DNA of 64,000 nucleotides from an uncultured Anaerolineales bacterium (GTDB lineage Bacteria > Chloroflexota > Anaerolineae > UBA1429). The notes beneath the pieces are model-generated. The model saw only the letters and a list, made by a program, of their open reading frames with translations, did no database searches and was not told the DNA's origin. The DNA lies in the NCBI GenBank assembly GCA_964482225.1, contig CAYZWT010000019.1, positions 3,909-67,908 of the forward strand. The letters are read 5' to 3'. The position numbers and the translations under genes are program-made. This document shows, piece after piece, positions 60,731 through 64,000 of this stretch (position 1 is the stretch's first letter; the number at the start of each line of letters is the position of its first letter).

Positions 60731-61669
60731 ATGCGCTATCGCAAGCTAGGCCGCACCGGATTGGATGTCTCGCTGGTAGGCTTGGGCACGGGCGGGCCCT
60801 CGCAACTGGGCCAAGCCACGGGCCGCGCCCCCTCTGAGTCGTTCCGCGTGGTGCACGCCGCGCTGGACCTGGGCATCAACATTTTTGACACCTCACCCGC
60901 CTATCGCGAGAGCGAGATGCTGCTGGGCCAGGCGTTGCAGGGCATCCCCCGCCACCGCTACATCCTGGCAACAAAGTTCAACCCGGGGCGGATCGCGCCG
61001 GACGCGGGCCCCGAGGCGTTCACCGAGCAACTGGAGAACAGCCTGCGCTACCTGCACACCGACCATATCGAGGTGCTCCAGTATCACGGCATCGCGCCGG
61101 AGCAGTATCGCTCCATCGTTGATCGCTTTTACCCGGCGGCGCTAGAGGCCCAGCGCCAGGGCAAGATCGGCCACATCGGCATCACCGAGACCATGGGCAC
61201 CGACGTACACCACGAGATGCTGGAGACGGCCCTGGAGGATGACCTGTTCGACACGTTCATGATCCACTATGGCCTCTTGAACCAGCTTGCCGAGGGCAAG
61301 GTCTTTCCCATGGCCCAGGAGCGCAATGTGGGGGTGTTCGTCATGGGGCCGGTGCGCATGTCGCTGCGCACGCCCGAGGAGGCGGTCAGCCGCATCAACC
61401 ATTTCATTGACGAGGGCTGGCTGGATATCCCCCGCCCCGAGGTGAGCGACCCTTTGGGCATGGGCCGGGTGAGCGAGCCCACCGCCGATGTGACCCGGGT
61501 GGCCTACCGGTTCGCCGCCGCCCACCCCGCCGTCTCGACCATGCTGGTGGGCACGGGCAACCCCGACCATCTACGGGCCAACGTGGAGGACGTGCTCTCG
61601 GGCGAGTTGACGCCCGAGGAGTTGGCCTACCTGCGCGAGACCTACGGCAGCCTGGCCTGGCACCAGTAG
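60731..61669 (+). CDS. aldo/keto reductase
   Basis: MRYRKLGRTGLDVSLVGLGTG start, FDTSPAYRESE, 312 aa. Confidence 0.9.
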   Translation: MRYRKLGRTGLDVSLVGLGTGGPSQLGQATGRAPSESFRVVHAALDLGINIFDTSPAYRESEMLLGQALQGIPRHRYILATKFNPGRIAPDAGPEAFTEQLENSLRYLHTDHIEVLQYHGIAPEQYRSIVDRFYPAALEAQRQGKIGHIGITETMGTDVHHEMLETALEDDLFDTFMIHYGLLNQLAEGKVFPMAQERNVGVFVMGPVRMSLRTPEEAVSRINHFIDEGWLDIPRPEVSDPLGMGRVSEPTADVTRVAYRFAAAHPAVSTMLVGTGNPDHLRANVEDVLSGELTPEELAYLRETYGSLAWHQ

Positions 61670-61684
61670 TAGCAGGCCTGGATT

Positions 61685-61735
61685 GGAGGGGCATAGCACG
61701 CTATGCCTCATAGCACGCTATGCCCCTCCTTTATT
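61685..61735. terminator. compound hairpin terminator between convergent genes
   Basis: 13-bp stem GGAGGGGCATAGC..GCTATGCCCCTCC enclosing a duplicated CATAGCACGCTATGCC unit, followed by TTTATT. Confidence 0.7.
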
Positions 61736-61740
61736 GGCGT

Positions 61741-64000
61741 TCAGGCCTCAAAGGTATCCACCAGCGAGTAGAGCTGCAACTGGCCGCGCAGCTCCTCTGC
61801 GCTCAAGGGCTGCTCAGGCGTGACCACGATCTCTACCGGATGCCCCGGCGCCACGTGTACAAAGGCATCGGAGTAGCGCGCCTCGGCATAGCGCAGCTCG
61901 ATCCAGGCCCACAGGGCGGGCCGCTCCGCCGACAGGGTTACCCGCAGGCTGCCATCGTGCAGGTCCTCCACCTGGGCGCTCAGGTTGGGCTGCTCCAGGG
62001 GCAGGTGCTTGGGTCGGGCAAAGGTCACCAGATTGGTCGAGACGATCTCGCCATCCACTTCCAGCTCCAGCCAGACCAGCAACCCGCGCGGGCCGTGGGT
62101 CTTGAGGTGCACGCCCAGGTCCAGCGTGGCGGCCAGGCTGTTCTTTTGCGGCGGGATGTTCACGTCCAGCGCCTTGCCGCCCAGCGCCTTGCCGCGCACA
62201 TCGGTCAAACGCCAGCGCACGATGCCTGCACACCCATCCTGCAAGTCACTGGTGACGTGGATCTCTACCTGGCCGGTGACGGTATCCTCCACGCCAGAGA
62301 CCAGCAGCGGCGCATAGAACTGGCGCGCCATATAGTGCAGCGCCTTCCAGCGGCCATAGCTATCCACCGATGACCAGGACGCCACGGGCCAGCAATCGTT
62401 GATCTGCCAGTAGAGGGTGCCCATGCCCCGGGGCATGGCGCGCCGCCAGTGCTCCACCGCGTACTTGATCGCCATGCCCTGCAGGATCTGGCTTAGCCAG
62501 AGGGTCATCTCGAAGGATTTGGGCAGGCGGAACCAATCGCACATATAGGACATGATGGTGGTGTTGCCGATGGCGCTGCGCTGGTGGTGCTCCATCACAA
62601 AGCTGGTGATGTTGCGGTCGCCCGGCTCGGTATAGGCATAGGTGGTGCGGGGCTCGGGGAAGGACTGGAACCCGAACTCGCTGTTAAAGCGGTGCTCGCA
62701 GGTGCGATACCACTCGAAAGGCATCTTGCCGTGCCACACGCTCCACAGGTGGGCGTCGCCGCAGGTGGGATCGTTGAAATTGTAGCGGTCGCCCACGGGC
62801 GTGTGGGGGCTGGAGGGCCAATAGTCGGTCTGGGGGTCCAGCCGCGCCACGATCTCGGGCAGCATCTCGTCAAAGAGCGGCTTGTAATCGGCCCAGCTCA
62901 TGGTGTGGTCGGTCCATTCCTCGCCCACCAGGCCCTGCTCCAGCTCGTTGTTGCCGCACCAGAGGGCCAGGCAGGCATGGTGGCGGATGCGCCGCACGTT
63001 CTGCTCCGCCTCCACCTTGACGTTGGCCATCCAGTCGGGATCAAAGGCCGGGTAGGTGGCGCAGGCAAAGATGAAATCCTGCCAGATGCACAGGCCCAGC
63101 TCGTCGCACAGGTCGTAGAACATCTCTTGCTCATAGATGCCGCCGCCCCAGACGCGCAGCATGTTCATATTGGCATCCACGGCGTCCTGCAGCGAGCGGG
63201 CATAGCGCTCTTTGGTCAGGCGTGTGGCAAACACGTCGTCGGGGATCCAGTTGGCGCCCTTGGCGAAAAAGGGCACGCCGTTGGCGGCAAAATGGAACGA
63301 CTCACCCCACTCGTCGGGCTGGCGCACCAGTTCCAGGGTGCGCAGGCCGATGCGCTTGGCCACGCTATCCAGCGCCTCTCCATCGCGATCCAGCAGCTCG
63401 ACCCGCACCTGGTAGAGGGGCTGGGCGCCCATGCCGTTGGGCCACCAGAGCTGGGGGCTCTCCACCAGCAGCTCCACCACGCCCTGGCCCTCGGCCAGGG
63501 GCGCCAGGCCCCGGGCGACGGTCTCGCCGTCCAGCGCCACGGTCACCTCGGCCCTGAGGGGCTCGTCATCCAGGGTTTCGGCGGCCACGCGCACCGCCAG
63601 GGCCACGCCCTCGGCGGGGGTGTGATCCTGCAAGATGTGGACGTCCTCCAGTCGGGCGGTGTCATAGCCCAGGACCTCAATCTCGCGCCAGATGCCGCAG
63701 GTGGCCAGCATGGGGCCCCAATCCCAGCCAAAGTTGCAGGGCTCTTTGCGGATCCAGCCGCCGCCATCCAGCTTGTGGTGGCCCACGCCCCAGGCGGGCA
63801 GGTAGCGGGCGCCCTCGGCCTTTTCCCGCACATAGCTCATCGGGGCGCGAAAGGCGATCTCGATCTCGTTCTCGCCGGCCCGCAGCACCGGCTTGAGATC
63901 ATAACGCCACTCGCGGAACATGTTATCGGCCTGGCCCAGGGCCACGCCATTCAACCGCACCGTGGCGATGGTATCCAGCCCCAGGCAGCGCAGCATGACC
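61741..64000 (-). CDS. beta-mannosidase (GH2), N-terminus beyond the window edge
   Basis: LDTIATVRLNGV..ADNMFREWRYDL N-domain, NMLRVWGGGIYE, acid/base WCGNNE, and nucleophile region NSEFGFQSFP. The ORF is open to the window end. Confidence 0.88.
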   Translation of the reverse strand, partial: VMLRCLGLDTIATVRLNGVALGQADNMFREWRYDLKPVLRAGENEIEIAFRAPMSYVREKAEGARYLPAWGVGHHKLDGGGWIRKEPCNFGWDWGPMLATCGIWREIEVLGYDTARLEDVHILQDHTPAEGVALAVRVAAETLDDEPLRAEVTVALDGETVARGLAPLAEGQGVVELLVESPQLWWPNGMGAQPLYQVRVELLDRDGEALDSVAKRIGLRTLELVRQPDEWGESFHFAANGVPFFAKGANWIPDDVFATRLTKERYARSLQDAVDANMNMLRVWGGGIYEQEMFYDLCDELGLCIWQDFIFACATYPAFDPDWMANVKVEAEQNVRRIRHHACLALWCGNNELEQGLVGEEWTDHTMSWADYKPLFDEMLPEIVARLDPQTDYWPSSPHTPVGDRYNFNDPTCGDAHLWSVWHGKMPFEWYRTCEHRFNSEFGFQSFPEPRTTYAYTEPGDRNITSFVMEHHQRSAIGNTTIMSYMCDWFRLPKSFEMTLWLSQILQGMAIKYAVEHWRRAMPRGMGTLYWQINDCWPVASWSSVDSYGRWKALHYMARQFYAPLLVSGVEDTVTGQVEIHVTSDLQDGCAGIVRWRLTDVRGKALGGKALDVNIPPQKNSLAATLDLGVHLKTHGPRGLLVWLELEVDGEIVSTNLVTFARPKHLPLEQPNLSAQVEDLHDGSLRVTLSAERPALWAWIELRYAEARYSDAFVHVAPGHPVEIVVTPEQPLSAEELRGQLQLYSLVDTFEA

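Noticed and set aside
1-64000. CRISPR arrays, rRNA/tRNA genes, transposases, integrases, toxin-antitoxin pairs, known defence systems
   Set aside because: Reading both strands and the ORF track turned up none. No regularly spaced direct repeats, no DDE/HUH/tyrosine-recombinase motifs, and no small adjacent ORF pairs with TA-like features. This is by eye only, with no HMM or covariance-model scan.

Overview
This is a 64-kb, GC-rich chromosomal segment (by eye mid-60s % G+C) from a saccharolytic bacterium. Thr/Pro-rich linkers, a PA14 protein and a Gram-positive-type LexA box suggest a Chloroflexota-like lineage, but that is inference only.

I support about 50 protein-coding genes:
- Housekeeping: dnaE, scpA, rfbB, galK.
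- Glycan and sugar-acid catabolism: two GH2 enzymes (one a beta-mannosidase), GH29, GH30, GH32, a sulfatase, two enolase-superfamily dehydratases, an SDR and an aldo/keto reductase.
- Thiol-redox/copper block: copZ, tlpA, DUF2085, ccdA.
- Envelope block: a signal-peptide four-repeat protein, a lipoprotein, GT4, two methyltransferases, and a strikingly low-GC polytopic membrane protein.
- Other: two M50 site-2 proteases, a PA14 protein, a MarR plus heterodimeric ABC exporter unit, and a B12-type radical SAM enzyme.

I found no rRNA, tRNA, CRISPR array, transposase or integrase.

The most unusual items are:
1. A 1.1-kb gene-free region (48.5-49.7 kb) with a phased array of DnaA boxes, a candidate oriC or DnaA-titration site.
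2. A 158-bp, roughly 95%-identical direct repeat present at 11.46 kb and 49.4 kb, plus three families of GC-rich palindromic intergenic elements.
3. A textbook LexA-box promoter driving an uncharacterised 76-aa ORF.
4. A large membrane protein joining an extracytoplasmic Asp-box propeller to a cytoplasmic STAND-type P-loop NTPase.
5. An ADP-ribosylglycohydrolase fusion protein in a fucosidase operon.

All coordinates, motifs and percentages come from reading the sequence and the ORF track. No database search was run.
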